From Macrostomum lignano (Eukaryota): a stretch of 64,000 nt of DNA. The DNA lies in assembly GCA_002269645.1 (NCBI GenBank), contig NIVC01001865.1, forward strand, positions 42,769 to 106,768, written 5' to 3'. Of the stretch, positions 1 through 21,830 are shown piece after piece. Within the stretch, counting starts at the first letter, position 1, and each line of letters starts with the position of its first letter. The notes beneath the pieces were generated by a model, which was not told the DNA's origin, did not search any database, and worked only from the letters and a program-made list of their open reading frames with translations. The translations under genes and the position numbers were made by a program.

Positions 1-483
1 ATCCATTATCTTTGACCCACCATCCTTAACACATTTTCACTGACCTACCATCCCTAACACATTTTCACTGACCTACCATCCCTCCATCCCTGACCCACCA
101 TCCCTGACCCACCATCCCTGACCCACCATCCCTGACCCACCATCCCTGACCCACCATCCCTGACCCACCATCCCTAACCCACTATCTTTGACCTAGTATC
201 CCTAACCCACTATCTTTGACTCAGTATCCCTAACCCACTATCTTAGACTCAGTATCCCTGACCCATTATCTTTGACCCACCATCCCTAACCCATTATCTT
301 TGACCCACCATCCCTAACCCATTATCTTTGACCCACCATCCCTAACCCATTATCTTTGACCCACCATCCCTGACCCACTATCTTTGACCCACCATCCCTG
401 ACCCACTATCTTTGACTCAGTATCTGACCCACCATCCCTGACCCACCATCCCTGACCCACCATCCCTGACCCACCATCCCTGA
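1..483. repeat. Intronic minisatellite, 14-bp unit CCACCATCCCTGAC and variants
   Basis: Tandem copies are directly visible and end about 20 bp before the ccgcag acceptor at 502. Confidence 0.95.
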
Positions 484-502
484 CCCGCCGCACTGTCCGC
501 AG

Positions 503-1064
503 GCACGACCTCGTGTCCCGGACAGCCGACCGAGGCGACGTGTCCAGCCGGGTGGCGCTGCGCAAGCGGCTGAACTGCAAGCCGTTCTCCTGGTACCTCG
601 AAAATGTCATACCGGAGAAGTTCATACCGGACTCGACTCGCGACGTAACCGCCTACGGCATGCTGCGCAACCCAATCACGAACATGTGCGTGGACCTGTT
701 GAACTATAACGAATTCGACCGGAACCCCACGGCCGCGGGCCTGTACTCCTGCCAGGGCGGCGCCTCGGGCAGGCAGATTTTCTCCTACAGCCGCAAGCAG
801 GAGATCCGGCGCGAGTGGGGCTGCCTGCAGGCCGGGCCGGGCTCCGATCGGGTGAGCTTCATCACCTGCACGACTCGGGTGACAGACCCGGAGGCTGGGG
901 CCGGCCAGAGGTGGCAGTTGGACCCGCAGGCTAAAACCATACGGCACAGCGCCAGCGGCCGCTGTCTCAGCGCAGAGGGTGTGAAAAATGGCGAAGCGGC
1001 CAAGCTGAGCGACTGCTCGGCAACTAATCCGCACCAGGTGTGGGAGTTCGAGCACCGGCTTTGA
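503..1064 (+). CDS. galnt: Polypeptide N-acetylgalactosaminyltransferase, last exon (end of catalytic region plus ricin-B lectin domain); upstream exons lie outside the window
   Basis: Acceptor ccgcag|G at 502/503. [28 protein letters not shown] is the typical GALNT linker. Ricin-type repeats follow (CVD...LYSCQGG...QIF, CL...C...QRW, CL...LSDC...QVWEF). Stop TGA at 1062-1064. Confidence 0.9.
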
Positions 1065-1211
1065 TAATCCAAGTCTGGGAGACTATTCGATTGCTGATTT
1101 TTGGCGCCAATTCGAATCGCCAAATTTGTTTAGAAAGAAAGTTAAATATCGAAATCGTAAAGCATATTAGTCAAGAAAACTGGCTGTTAGCATCAATTAT
1201 AAATCATGGTG

Positions 1212-2130
1212 ATAAGTCAGTGGTTGAGTCTGTTGGCTGTGAGATCTAGACTCAAGGTGATGAGTCAGTGGCTGAGTCTGTTGGCTGTGAGATCTAGACT
1301 CAAGGTGATGAGTCAGTGGCTGAGTCTGTTGGCTGTGAGATCTAGACTCAAGGTGATGAGTCAGTGGCTGAGTCTGTTGGCTGTGAGATCTAGACTCAAG
1401 GTGATGAGAGTCAGTGAGGTTGAGTCTGTTGGCTGTGAGATCTAGACTCAAGGTGATGAGAGTCAGTGAGGTTGAGTCTGTTGGCTGTGAGATCTAGACT
1501 CAAGGTGATGAGAGTCAGTGAGGTTGAGTCTGTTGGCTGTGAGATCTAGACTCAAGGTGATGAGAGTCAGTGAGGTTGAGTCTGTTGGCTGTGAGATCTA
1601 GACTCAAGGTGATGAGAGTCAGTGAGGCTGAGTCTGTTGGCTTTGAGATCTAGACTCAAGGTGATGAGAGTCAGTGAGGTTGAGTCTGTTGGCTGTGAGA
1701 TCTAGACTCAAGGTGATGAGTCAGTGGCTGAGTCTGTTGGCTGTGAGATCTAGACTCAAGGTGATGAGAGTCAGTGAGGTTGAGTCTGTTGGCTGTGAGA
1801 TCTAGACTCAAGGTGATGAGAGCCAGTGAGGTTGAGTCTGTTGGCTGTGAGATCTAGACTCAAGGTGATGAGAGCCAGTGAGGTTGAGTCTGTTGGCTGT
1901 GAGATCTAGACTCAAGGTGATGAGAGTCAGTGGGGTTGAGTCTGTTGGCTGTGAGATCTAGACTCAAGGTGATGAGAGCCAGTGAGGTTGAGTCTGTTGT
2001 TGGCTGTGAGATCTAAGCTCAAGGTGATATGAGTCAGTGAGGTTGATTCTGTTGGCTGTGAGATCTAGACTCAATGTGATGAGAGTCAGTGAGGTTGATT
2101 CTGTTGGCTGTGAAATCTAGACTAAGGTGA
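1212..2130. repeat. Minisatellite with 48-bp and 52-bp unit variants (GAGTCTGTTGGCTGTGAGATCTAGACTCAAGGTGATGAG...)
   Basis: Direct tandem copies; each unit carries a GAGTCT...AGACTC inverted pair. Confidence 0.95.
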
Positions 2131-2909
2131 TGAGCCTGATGAGATGGCCTGAAGCTCATTGGTGACCTAACATCTTATTCAGCTGCATGCTAACCGCAGC
2201 CGACTCAGCTTAACTTTTGTAGTGCCGGCGTTTCCTATTAGTGCCAATTCAAAATTTTCACAGTACAAGCGTAAAACGAAGTTGTTTCGGCGGATTTGCG
2301 TTTGTAGATTTCAAGTCTGTAGAAGTTAAACAAAAGCCGATGTCAATTTGTCTGTGCTTGTTTTTAATGAGTCTGCGAGTTTACATTTTACTGCAAAGTT
2401 ACATTTAGAATACTTTATAAACAAATCTGGAACAGGATTCTGTTGATGAATTTTTATACAAATTTGTCTTATTTATGAGAAGTTTAGCTCGACTCACAGG
2501 TTCGTTGCGTTCTGTGCCTTACCGTTGAAATTGCTCTCCTGACTTCATTATTACTGGTTAAAGTCTAGAAATTTGAAACAGTCACACAAACTGTGACTGC
2601 CAGACACACTTTTGCACTTTTGCTTTGTTAGAAGGTTAGCTAATTATGCCATTTTTACAATATGCGAGAATTGTTCTTGCCTTACAACTTGTGCGATTGT
2701 GGTTATAAATTTATCTGTCTATTAGTTTATTGGAAATTGAATTTTTATTCAGTGTTATCTGGATTGAGTTCATTTTAATATAACTACTTTATAATTAATG
2801 CAGTGAAACTTGTGAATTGTAACTCACTTTGCTATTATCAATGCTTTTAATATTGCATTTGCGGCTAGACTTGACGCGTTTGAGCTCATTTTACTCTTAT
2901 TGGAATATA

Positions 2910-3268
2910 ATGGCAGGGAGGGATGAGTGCAGGGATGAGTGCAGGGATGGGTGCAGGGATGAGTGCAGGGATGAGTGCAGGGATGGGTTCAGGGATGGGT
3001 GCAGGGATGGATGCAGGGATGAGTGCAGGGATGGGTGCAGGGATGAGTGCAGGGATGAGTGCAGGGATGGGTGCAGGGATGAGTGCAGGGATGAGTGCAG
3101 GGATGAGTGCAGGGATGGGTGCAGGGATGAGTGCAGGGATGAGTGCAGGGATGGGTGCAGGGATGGGTGCAGGGATGGGTGCAGGGATGGATGCAGGGAT
3201 GAGTGCAGGGATGGATGCAGGGATGAGTGCAGGGATGGATGCAGGGATGGATGCAGGGATGGGTGCAG
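2910..3268. repeat. 12-bp minisatellite GCAGGGATG(A/G)GT
   Basis: Direct tandem copies; same unit family as 10005-11090. Confidence 0.95.
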
Positions 3269-3757
3269 CAAGAGAGTGTTGTTTCTTAGCTGCAGCAGTT
3301 ACACGTGTAGTGAATTTCCCTGAGGGGCGACCAGCAGCCAGTGATGAGGCAAGCAGTTATGCCTGTGCGTTGGGAAGCGGCCCTCATGGGTCGAGAATCG
3401 CACAAGCCTCCGTAAGGGGGGGGGGGTTAATATTGAATTGATTCAGCTGCACGCGGGTATTTTGGCCCGAGAGCCGGACTCGCTAACCACTGAACTTCTC
3501 GATGTTCTGACTCTCGGTAAGCCGCCAGTTAGCATAGATTAGGGCAGTATAATCTCATATATTTATTGATAATAAATCCTGTACAATTTCAATAAAATAA
3601 ACTCAATTCAGATAATCAGATATTGAAGTTTAGTTATCGAAAAAAGCGGTTTGTGCTTGGCACAAATAATATAAGACATAAAAGTACATAACACACAACA
3701 CAAGAATAACATATTCGATAAACCATATCGATGATTCGCGTCATACTACTTATAAGT

Positions 3758-4255
3758 TCAGCGTGCACCTGACCACTTGGCGTAACAGGTGGTTGTCCGC
3801 CACTCCAGCGCGGACCTGTACTGGCCGGTGCTGTTGACCAGCCTGGTGACCACCACCAGCTCGTCTCTGGTTTTGCACTTTACCGACGCGGACGCGACAG
3901 TTGAGATGCACTTGCCGATGCCGGGGGCAGGCAGCGGCAGCGGCAAGTCGCTGGCATTCAGGGCCAGTTCGGGGTCGGCCTCCGGCTGGCAGAGGCTGAT
4001 GAAGCGGCCGGCGTTATGGCCGCTGCCGGGCCCGTGCGGGTGCACCAGGCTGTCGGCAAAGAGCAGCTGAGCGAGCTGGGCCTGGAACCGGCAGTAGGTC
4101 TGGCGCTGAGGCCTGTGCAGGTAGACTGGAAGCGAGCCGGGTTCGTCGCCGATTATTGTTGATGATGTTGGCAGATGCAGCGCGGCAGCCTCAGTCAGCG
4201 CCAGCAGCAGGGCGAAGACTCCAACAATTGATGCGGATGTCTTAGCGGGTAGCAT
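3758..4255 (-). CDS. Small secreted protein (165 aa, 5 Cys), possibly a divergent cystine-knot cytokine
   Basis: GC-rich single-exon ORF from the ATG at 4255. Signal-peptide-like MLPAKTSASIVGVFALLLALTEA, two N-glycosylation sequons (NAS, NST). The family assignment is only an inference. Confidence 0.65.
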   Translation of the reverse strand: MLPAKTSASIVGVFALLLALTEAAALHLPTSSTIIGDEPGSLPVYLHRPQRQTYCRFQAQLAQLLFADSLVHPHGPGSGHNAGRFISLCQPEADPELALNASDLPLPLPAPGIGKCISTVASASVKCKTRDELVVVTRLVNSTGQYRSALEWRTTTCYAKWSGAR

Positions 4256-4924
4256 TTTGTTCCTTATAGTGCAGCTTTTAGTTAGCTGAGTTTGCAACTT
4301 CGAGTATTGAACTGCAGATTCCTGAGCCGGGCCAAGTCTGCTTGTATTTATCCGCTTCGGTGCCGTGGCTTGCCCGCGGGATTCACAGTGAATTGGTTTG
4401 TTTTGTCACGTGGCTGCGGGCATGGGCACGTGTAATTGGCTGTGTTGGCTGGAGTAGCACCAGCGCAACATCCTTGGCAACTTGGGCAGGTGCACGCGTG
4501 GCTTTTTTGGTACAAGTTTTTTTACTGGTCGCAAGACTTACTGCAGCCGAATTACTCATTCGGTTGGATACAGATAAAAAGACTGCCGGCAGGTTTACAA
4601 TAAATATCGGGACGCGGAATTCCGGCCATTCTGGGGGTTGGCCCCGGGCTAAAAAAAGCCTGCAGGCTGCGGAATGCGGCAGAAGTTGCGCGCGAGGCTG
4701 CCCAAAAAAGATTAAACCGCGTCCAGATTAAAATCGGACTTATTCAGCCAAATATAGACTGGCGGAGTGGAGAGTGATGACACTGACCAGGATTGTGATG
4801 CAACCGACACCCGCATTGTGGCAAACAGAGTGTTTAGAGGTCGGCGCCTCGGATTCTTGCTCAAGTTCTGCCTGTACAGTACTTTGGTTATCAAACCCGA
4901 GGATCGAAGCTTCTGTCAGATAGT

Positions 4925-4949
4925 CAGACAGGAAGGCAGCCAGGAAGGC

Positions 4950-4990
<41 letters not shown>

Positions 4991-5021
4991 GGCTGGCAGG
5001 CAGGCAGGCAGGCAGACAGGC

Positions 5022-5086
<65 letters not shown>

Positions 5087-5175
5087 GGCTGGCAGGCAGG
5101 CAGGCAGGCAGACAGACAGACAGACAGGCAGCCAGGCAGGCAGACAGACGGCAGGCAGACAGACGGACAGACAGG
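4925..5175. repeat. (AGAC)n/(GGCA)n microsatellite
   Basis: Directly visible. Confidence 0.95.
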
Positions 5176-5883
5176 GTCCCTGGGTCCTTTATCGCCAAGA
5201 TGCCATTCTCAACGCTTTGACATATCAATCATAACAAGACTGACAAAACTGCGCAGACAGACCGCGAGACCATCATCCCCTCTTCTGAAACTGGATTGAA
5301 TTCCATCAGGCGTGCAGGGCTTCAAGCCAGACTGCACGTGCCGCGTGCAAGGCACAAGTACGCTAACTTGCTCAATAAACTTTTTTTCTGAATTGGAGCC
5401 AAATTTAGAAAATTTCTGATAAGAGAGCGCCCGCATACTTTCGAATTTCAGGTTTAAGGGCGCTGAGATTCAATCGATATAGGTACCAGGGGTACTTTAA
5501 TTGCGAGTATATAGGCAAAGTATTGAGATTTGGACCCATCAAAGTCATCACAGACACACCTCCGCATGTATAAGTGTAGTTCCATTTTTTGTCTCATTTT
5601 TGCTTAATGCAATTCGTCTATAAATGTACATAACATTCTTGGTATTGCATGCACTTAGAATTGGCCCGCATTGCTGCGGTCACATGACTTGAATGCAGGC
5701 CAGAATGCAATTTTTGCTTTCGTTTCTTTGGTTAGCAAAGCGCTAAATTTAAATGCAGGCTTTCTGCAGGCGCAGCTCTTTATAAAGACTCCTAAAGCTG
5801 CTCCAGCGAATCCACAAAATCCGAGCTGTCACTCGTGTGCTCCTGGGCATCGAAAGTTACCGCCTTGTCGAGTAAAAAGCGAT

Positions 5884-6459
5884 GTGGGAGGCTGGCCCAG
5901 CAGCTGAAGATCTGGGAGGCTGGCCCAGCAACTGAGGATCTGGGAGGCTGGCTCAGCAACTGAGGATCTGGGAGGCTGGCCCAGCAACTGAGGATCTGGG
6001 AGGCTGGCCCAGCAACTGATGATCTGGGAGGCTGGCCCAGCAACTGAGGATCTGGGAGGCTGGCCCAGCAACTGAGGATCTGGGAGGCTGGCCCAGCAAC
6101 TGAGGATCTGGGAGGCTGGCCCAGCAACTGATGATCTGGGAGGCTGGCCGAGCAACTGAGGATCTGGGAGGCTGGCCCAGCAACTGAGGATCTGGGAGGC
6201 TGGCCCAGCAACTGAGGATCTGGGAGGCTGGCCCAGCAACTGAGGATCTGGGAGGCTGGCCCAGCAACTGAGGATCTGGGAGGCTGGCCCAGCAACTGAG
6301 GATCTGGGAGGCTGGGCCAGCAACTGAGGATCTGGGAGGCTGGCCCAGCAACTGAGGATCTGGGAGGCTGGCCCAGCAACTGAGGATCTGGGAGGCTGGC
6401 CCAGCAGCTGAAGATCTGGGAGGCTGGCCCAGCAGCTGAGGATCTGGGAGGCTGGCCCA
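5884..6459. repeat. 28-bp minisatellite GGAGGCTGGCCCAGCAACTGAGGATCTG
   Basis: About 20 near-identical copies; explains the ORFs at 5792-6782. Confidence 0.95.
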
Positions 6460-6854
6460 ATAACATCATTCAATAAAAGCAACTGCCAGACTGAATAGCC
6501 GTATGCACACCTACGAGTATTGCACTGCTGGAAATAAAAATCAACTGCAACGAAGCTCTTTCTATTGATTTGGTTAAGATCTGAATAAAGTGTTGCAGCA
6601 AAACAGCAGACGAAGCTCGCAAAAGCAGAGAATACAACAAAAAACACACGCGCAGAATGAAATGCAAGCAATGCATAAGAAAGCAAAATATGACATAAGG
6701 AATCTGCAATTACAATTATAAGGACTTCTGCATGGTACAAGAAAAGCTGACGGGATGAAACCAACTGTACAAATTTGTACAAGTCGAGCTGTACAAGACT
6801 AAACTGACGCCGCTGGTGATCGCTACTGAGCCGGCTGGATTGAGATTAACGCAT

Positions 6855-7200
6855 CTAGCGGGGAAACTTCTAGATAGTGGGGAATCTAGCAGGGAATCTT
6901 CCTATTTGGGGAATATCTAGCGGGGAATCTTCTCATTGGGGGAATATCTAGCGGGGAATCTTCTCATAGTGGGGAATATCTAGCGGGGAATCTTCTCATA
7001 GTGGGGAATATCTAGCGGGGAATCTTCTCATTGGGGGAATATCTAGCGGGGAATCTTCTCATAGTGGGGAATATCTAGCGGGGAATCTTTTTATTTGGGT
7101 TAACATCTAGCAGGATTCTCATAGTGGGGAATATTTAGCGGGGAAACTTCTCATGGTGCGGAGTGTCTAGTGGGGAATCTTCAACCTAGGAGAATATCTA
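6855..7200. repeat. About 32-bp minisatellite GGGGAATATCTAGCGGGGAATCTTCTCATAGT
   Basis: Directly visible, degenerate at both ends. Confidence 0.9.
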
Positions 7201-8232
7201 AAAAGGACTTGGAATCCAAGACTCAGCATTTACCACAAAGAGGCGCATCACTGCAGCTGACAGACGAGCAATAAACAGTCTGATTAAATCAGAAAAAAGA
7301 ATCATAGACATACTGCTAAACTTGAGAGATTCCAATAGACATACTACTGACAAGTAGCTAAAATGAAACAATAAATTTTAGCGCCAGTTCTGCACAATTG
7401 AGATAGATGAGGCTTCATGTAGCGAATAAAAGAATTTAGTTTTTAGCCGCTTTTCCAAGCAAACTAAAAAGCGAAAGTAAATGATGGAATGAACGCGCAA
7501 GCTAACAGCTCAAAAGCTTAGCAAGGCTGTGACGCGGCGATAGGCAGACAGATTGCAATGATTGACAATCGCAAGATAAATTCATTATTGCTAAAATATT
7601 ACAATCAGGGGTACGCGAAAATGCTAGGAAAAAATAAGCGGATTGGTATTGCAATTGTTTCTATTAAAAATTATTAAATAATGCCAGGACATTGTGTACT
7701 TTTGATTTAGAAACGCTGGGTAACTTCTTGTTGTGCACCTTCTCAAACAATAATCCAGTTGCCAGCCATCCGGACCGTCAAAATATTCAACGATTCTGCC
7801 AGAACCTTTAACAGGTAGCTCAAGGTAACTATGAATAAACCCCGTTGCGAATTTTTTTGAGCTCTGACTCTTGCCTGTCTACTGTAATTAGTAGTAAAAG
7901 TAACATGCATGATCGGCCGTTTGGCGAGGGGCCCAGCCAAGGTAAGACACGAGACGTACATATGGCCAAGAAAATACATACGTAGCACTAATTAGATGAC
8001 GAGGCATTTAGCCTAAATAATACAATCATAGTTACTCCTGCCGTTTACCCTAATTTACGTAAATTTTGCTTTGGTCTCTTTCATAGGTAAGTCGCATTTT
8101 TAGTAAAAAAGTAATTCGCAAGGACCATGCAAATCAGGGGTGGGGGGGGCTGCGCATGTATGAAAAGTAAACACAAGGCAAAGCGTTCACTGTTTTTAAT
8201 ACGAGCTGTTTCGGCAGGGTGCACAGGCGGTC

Positions 8233-16492
<8,260 letters not shown>

Positions 16493-19400
16493 TATGCTGT
16501 TTGATGCCAAACTGCCAGAGATGTGGAACTGCAGACTCCTGAAATTAATTACAAATAGATTTTGATATAAAACAAGAAACTAATTTAGAAATAAAAAATA
16601 CTGTTGACTAAATTGGTATAAAATTAACAATAAAACTCAATTAATATGCCTCACTGCCATTCAAGATAATGATTGATATGTTTTTAGTAACAAAAAACCT
16701 TTATATAGAGTATTAAGGGTGTATATCAATATTAAAACATTTTATAACAATGAACAAAAGTTCTGTAACCTTATATTAGCTTTCAATTAATTACAATTAG
16801 ACATTTATTATATCATTAACCATTATTAATTGTTAGCCATGAGGTAGACTTGAACTATCAATTATTATTATAGGCTAGATCCTAAGCCTATAATGTCCTA
16901 ATAGTGCAGCTATTCTACCTAATAGTTAAAAGGTAAACTAATGAGGTAAAGCACTTCTCAAGGTAGATTTGATATTAGAGGAAATTAGTAGGAATTCAAA
17001 GTGTCACTAGTACTATGCCAGCTATGAAATTCCATTTTCATGTATATCTAGGTGCCTTTATATAGATGTTTGTATATATAGTATAGTTAGGCCTATGCTA
17101 TTTAGAACAAATAAAAATGTAGATTATAAAACAGTGATTGATAAATATGTAGTTAGAAAATGCATTGTATGCTTGGTAGTTGTCAATAAAAATGTCTATC
17201 CTAGGTAACACAATGGCTACAATTTGGTAAGAAGTACTATAGTTTTAGGTACTTGTATTATCTAGCTATGCTGCATTAAAAATGAAGAACAACTAGTAAA
17301 AAAATAATTAAAAATAGAAAATGAGGGCATTGCCAATGTATAAAAACATTTTTAAATATCAAATATTTTTTATTATTTTTTGCGTATAAAAATAACCACC
17401 ATTAGATCCTAGGTCTAGACTAACTAGTTGACTTTTAGTGGGTCTTTAGTTAATATTAATTAATGCACAATGCACAATAAAATATTTATATATATATAAG
17501 ACGGACAGAGTTTTGATTTTTATATGTAGAGATGCAGATGCCTATTATTGGCATGGCGCCAGTGTAAGTCAAAAGTAAACCTAATCAACTCAACTCAAAT
17601 TTAGGGCCTAGTGTATAACAAATGACTGAAATGTAAGTAATCTAGGCGACTAGGCTTCACTTGAAAAGGTTTAAGAAATTTATGGCCCCTGTAAGTTGTA
17701 ATTGTAACCTGTTTCCCTTCCCTAACTAGGGCTATTTATAAAACTAGGCAGAATTGTATAGATATAGGCCCCTACTATATACATATACATTTTAATTAAA
17801 CCATTTAGATTATAGTTAAGTTTTTAACAATCTAACATGCTATTTGCCTCCCAAAATAGAGAAAATAAAATACAATGTAATGCACCAAGTGCCACCAACT
17901 AAAAAATGCTGTTGAATGAGATTTTCTAATATTTGTCCATACTGTCTTTGGCTTTGAGGATAATGTCAATTATGTGTCTAAACATGAGCATGAGAAATTT
18001 TGCCAGTATATGCATATAACCTAGGCCTAGCAAATTTCAATAAAAATGATTGACTGAATCTGAATAAAACTTATGGTATTAAAGTCATTTTTTTAATCTA
18101 ATAGTAAAGCAAAAATCTAATTTACTTAGTTTATTAGGCCTACTCTACATTCTTGCAGTTTTATGAGTCAAAAATGACAAAAACCGATATCGTGTAATGT
18201 CACATGTTCATGGCAGCATGATCCACGACGGAGTTCTCTTTTTAATTTGTTGTTTCGTTTTTTCGTGTTTCTAATAATCACAATATTATAACAAATTTTC
18301 CATCTGGGAGAATATTCATTTTCGGCAAGACGGCAACATTTGCAACTATACGGTTTTCTATATAGATTAAAGTAAGAACTATTTTGTGTGAAACTGTGAT
18401 TTTTTAGCTACCTTAGGATAAAATCAATAAGGAATTCCCTCGCTAAAGCTAAGCTAAAGAGAAGGAAAATGAATATAATTTAATTTACTTTTAAATGCTT
18501 ACTTGTGCTGAATAAATGATGTTTACTCGATGGCTGTAGAAAAATATGTATCTGACATGTATGCAAGCCCTCAATGTAATTAATTTTAAACTTTCAAGAG
18601 AGCAATCATGAATTTAAAATTTATATAAAAAGCTCGTATGATCAAAAGAAAAAGCGTACATGTACATATATGCACAGGAGTGACCACGGAACCTAGTCGA
18701 TCAACAAAGTTTAGTTTAGATCGACTGATTTTATAATGGTTGCATGGTTAGGGTAATTGAAAACACAATAGTAGAAATTCTCGCTTTTGAATTTTCTCGA
18801 CTTGTTCGGCTCAAGGACCACTAGTAGATAGTAGTCCGTGGTTCGGCTCAGATCGCCACCCCTGCTTGGGTGAGCATAAAGACCTTCTCCTTAACAGCAA
18901 CGTAGTAGTGTTTAGTATCTCAGATTTTCCATCTCTGAGAAAGGTGGGTCCGCTGAGGAATCCCCCCAGGCATGGGACCGGAATATATGAAACAATTGGA
19001 AATGTCGAGTTCCCTCCTACAGCTTACCAATCCCATTTAAGTGGGAAGCTTTCAATCGGGCTAGGAGAATGGCGAAACCCTAATTAAATTAATAAGTAGT
19101 GCGGTTCTTTCTTAGACTTATTATAATTCTAGCTCACGCGGTGCCATATCCCTCCCTTCCAGTCCCCTGGCCCTGATCCCCTCCGGCCTTCTCTTCCATT
19201 CCCGAGATGGCCGATATGAAGATGAAGTGAGCACGGGCCCGAGCCTTAGCAACAAAGATCTTTACCTTGAGCTATATCGGACAAGGGGGGCCAGGTGTGG
19301 ACAGAGATATAGTGGACAAGAGCTAAAAATTTGATCTCGCAAAGTCCGGTCCTGACCGCAGCCCCACCCACCTGCCTATTTGGCGAATAATTCACACACC

Positions 19401-19847
19401 AAACACACACTTTCCCACTCGGCTAAAGCTTCATTTTAGAACACGTGCGGAGTAGGAAATGCATAATAGACGTGCCGTATAATGTGTATTATATTATAAA
19501 GTATGGAAGGCGAGAGAGTGGACTGCAAACACCGGTGTGTTGGTGTGTACGCGGTTGGAATTTCGTTTTAGTCTGCGACGCATGTTACATGTATAACAAC
19601 TACTCTTATTTGTTTGAATGCTTGCATGATGGCCAACTTTTGCATTTTGGTTACAGCCATAAGGATTTTGCATTTATATGGAAACAATCTCAGGATAGTA
19701 CACGTAACCAGGATTTTTTACTGATTGCTGCCTTTTGGGAGGGGCCAAGGGCGCCATGCAGCGTGGGTTGCCAGCGAGGGGCGTCAGTACCAGAGGCGCC
19801 ATTTAGAGGGCACCACCACCAAGGGACAGCAGGGTTGCCAACACCAC

Positions 19848-20165
19848 AGCAACAGGGGCTTTAGCAGCAGGGGCTTTAGCAGCAGGGGCTTTAGCAGCAG
19901 GGACTTTAGCAGCAGGGGCTTTAGCAGCAGGGGCTTTAGCAGCAGGGGCTTTAGCAGCAGGGGCTTTGGCAGCAGGGGCTTTAGCAGCAGGGGCGCCAGC
20001 ACAAGGGGCGCCAGCACCAGGGGCGCCAGCTCAAGGGGCGCCAGCACCAGGGGCGCCAGCTCAAGGGGCGCCAGCACCAGGGGCGCCAGCACCAGGGGCG
20101 CCAGCACCAGGGGCGCCAGCTCAAGGGGCGCCAGCACCAGGGGCGCCAGCACAAGGGGCGCCAGT
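19848..20165. repeat. Two adjacent 15-bp minisatellites (AGCAGCAGGGGCTTT, then CCAGCACCAGGGGCG)
   Basis: Directly visible. Confidence 0.95.
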
Positions 20166-21234
20166 AGTCTCTTAGAAGTCTTCCTCTCCATCAATTAGAC
20201 CGCCCAAGCTTAGTTGGTCATTGTGAAGCACTTAAAGGGTCAAACGATGATGCCATATTTTCAATCGATTTCTAAGGTAGATGGACAATAAAAAAGCAGT
20301 CACAACTCCAACAACCACTATAGTAACAGTATTAGATGGCCAAAACTGATAACGGATGCCCCATTTTTAATGGCAAAAAGCACTGATGGCCCTGATGGAG
20401 ATGAGCATTGCGTTCATAAATCATCTGGATGAACTACGGTTGCATCCTATACTATTTACAGTTATATACAATACACACTGGTGTGCATCCATTGGACACA
20501 TTTTCAGTGTTGTCTCTTCCTCAGAGTGTAGAATTTATTACACTGATTGAGCCCAGCACTGTTGAATTACGGCGAGCAATAAAAATGGACGCCCTGGTTG
20601 AGTGTGAGGGGCGATCCGTACCTTGAAACGTGTGGAAATTTTGTACCTCAGAGACACTACCTCGCTTTAATTAGGTCCATTTACCAGTTAGAATAAGAGT
20701 ATCTATGTACGAGACAGTCATCCTTGACTGGCTCTTATTGCGCAACAGTCTATTATGCGCCACAGAAACTAACACACGGTGCTTGACCCAGGTAATCCGA
20801 GCCAACCAGTACTTGCTAAACTCTCTTTATAGGACACCCGAGCCTACAAAGAGGACTATTTAAACTGAAAGAGTAACTATGCAGATTTCCAATCTGCGTG
20901 GAACCTTTCTTTTGTTGCCATGCAAACCAAACTTAGGAGTGTTCGAAGTCAGTGAGCGTGTCGGCGACAATAATCCGCGGAACTTGAAAATCTCGCATTC
21001 GGGATTGCCTAGCATGTAGCGCTGCGCAAACTAAATCTGCGCGAGCGATTGCTTTGATAAAATTCAACTAATTTGCATATGTTAATTAGGAGCTTGGACA
21101 AAAGCGTCGTGTGGGCTTGTCGACAGGCGTGAATGGAAAGTCTCGAAAATCTCATGACTTTGCCTTTGTGGTCATGGCAACCGGGAGTCAATTCGAAAAA
21201 CTAACCATACTGACCACCGATTCTTCGCGAATCC

Positions 21235-21625
21235 TCACCAACACGAATCTTCACCAACTCGAATCGCCATCAACCCGAATCTTCACCAACCCGAATCTTC
21301 ACCAACCCTAATCTTCACCAACCCGAATCTTCACCAACCCGAATCTTCACCAACCCGAATCTTCACCAACCCGAATCTTCACCAACCCGAATCTTCACCA
21401 ACCCGAATCTTCACCAACCCGAATCTTCACCAACCCGAATCTTCACCAACCCGAATCTTCACCAACCCGAATCTTCACCAACCCGAATCTTCACCAACCC
21501 AAATCTTCACCAACCGAATCTTCACTAACCTGAATCTTCACCAACCGGAATCTTCACCAACCCGAATCTTCACCAACCTGAATCTTCACCAACCGGAATC
21601 TTCACCAACCCGAATATTAATCAAC
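21235..21625. repeat. 16-bp minisatellite AACCCGAATCTTCACC
   Basis: Directly visible; the same unit occurs at 25785-26045. Confidence 0.95.
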
Positions 21626-21644
21626 CTGAAACAAGGGGGGGGCA

Positions 21645-21830
21645 AGGTAGCTCAGCAGAGCCTACCCTTAGAAAGTCAGGGCCGCTGTACATCCTGTGTG
21701 AGCGTGTGTCTGAGTGCGTGCCTGCGTACAGCATTGGGGCGCTTGCATGTGCTCAGGAGCCAGCGGAATGCGCAAAATTGCCTCAGCGCTGCATGGTTGC
21801 GGGACATCAATGAATGCATTATCACTATAT
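21645..21830 (+). mobile_element. SINE-like family 2, internally deleted copy
   Basis: Shares AGTCAGGGCCGCTGTACA-CCTGTGTGAGCGTGTG...GTGCTCAGGAG...AATTGCCTCAGCGCT with 61000-61195, and its first part with 27128-27287. Confidence 0.65.

Noticed and set aside
16500-18700. AT-rich block upstream of the VKR as a transposon or gene (also 30000-31700 and 53000-54600)
   Set aside because: No ORF, terminal repeats or TSD that I can support.
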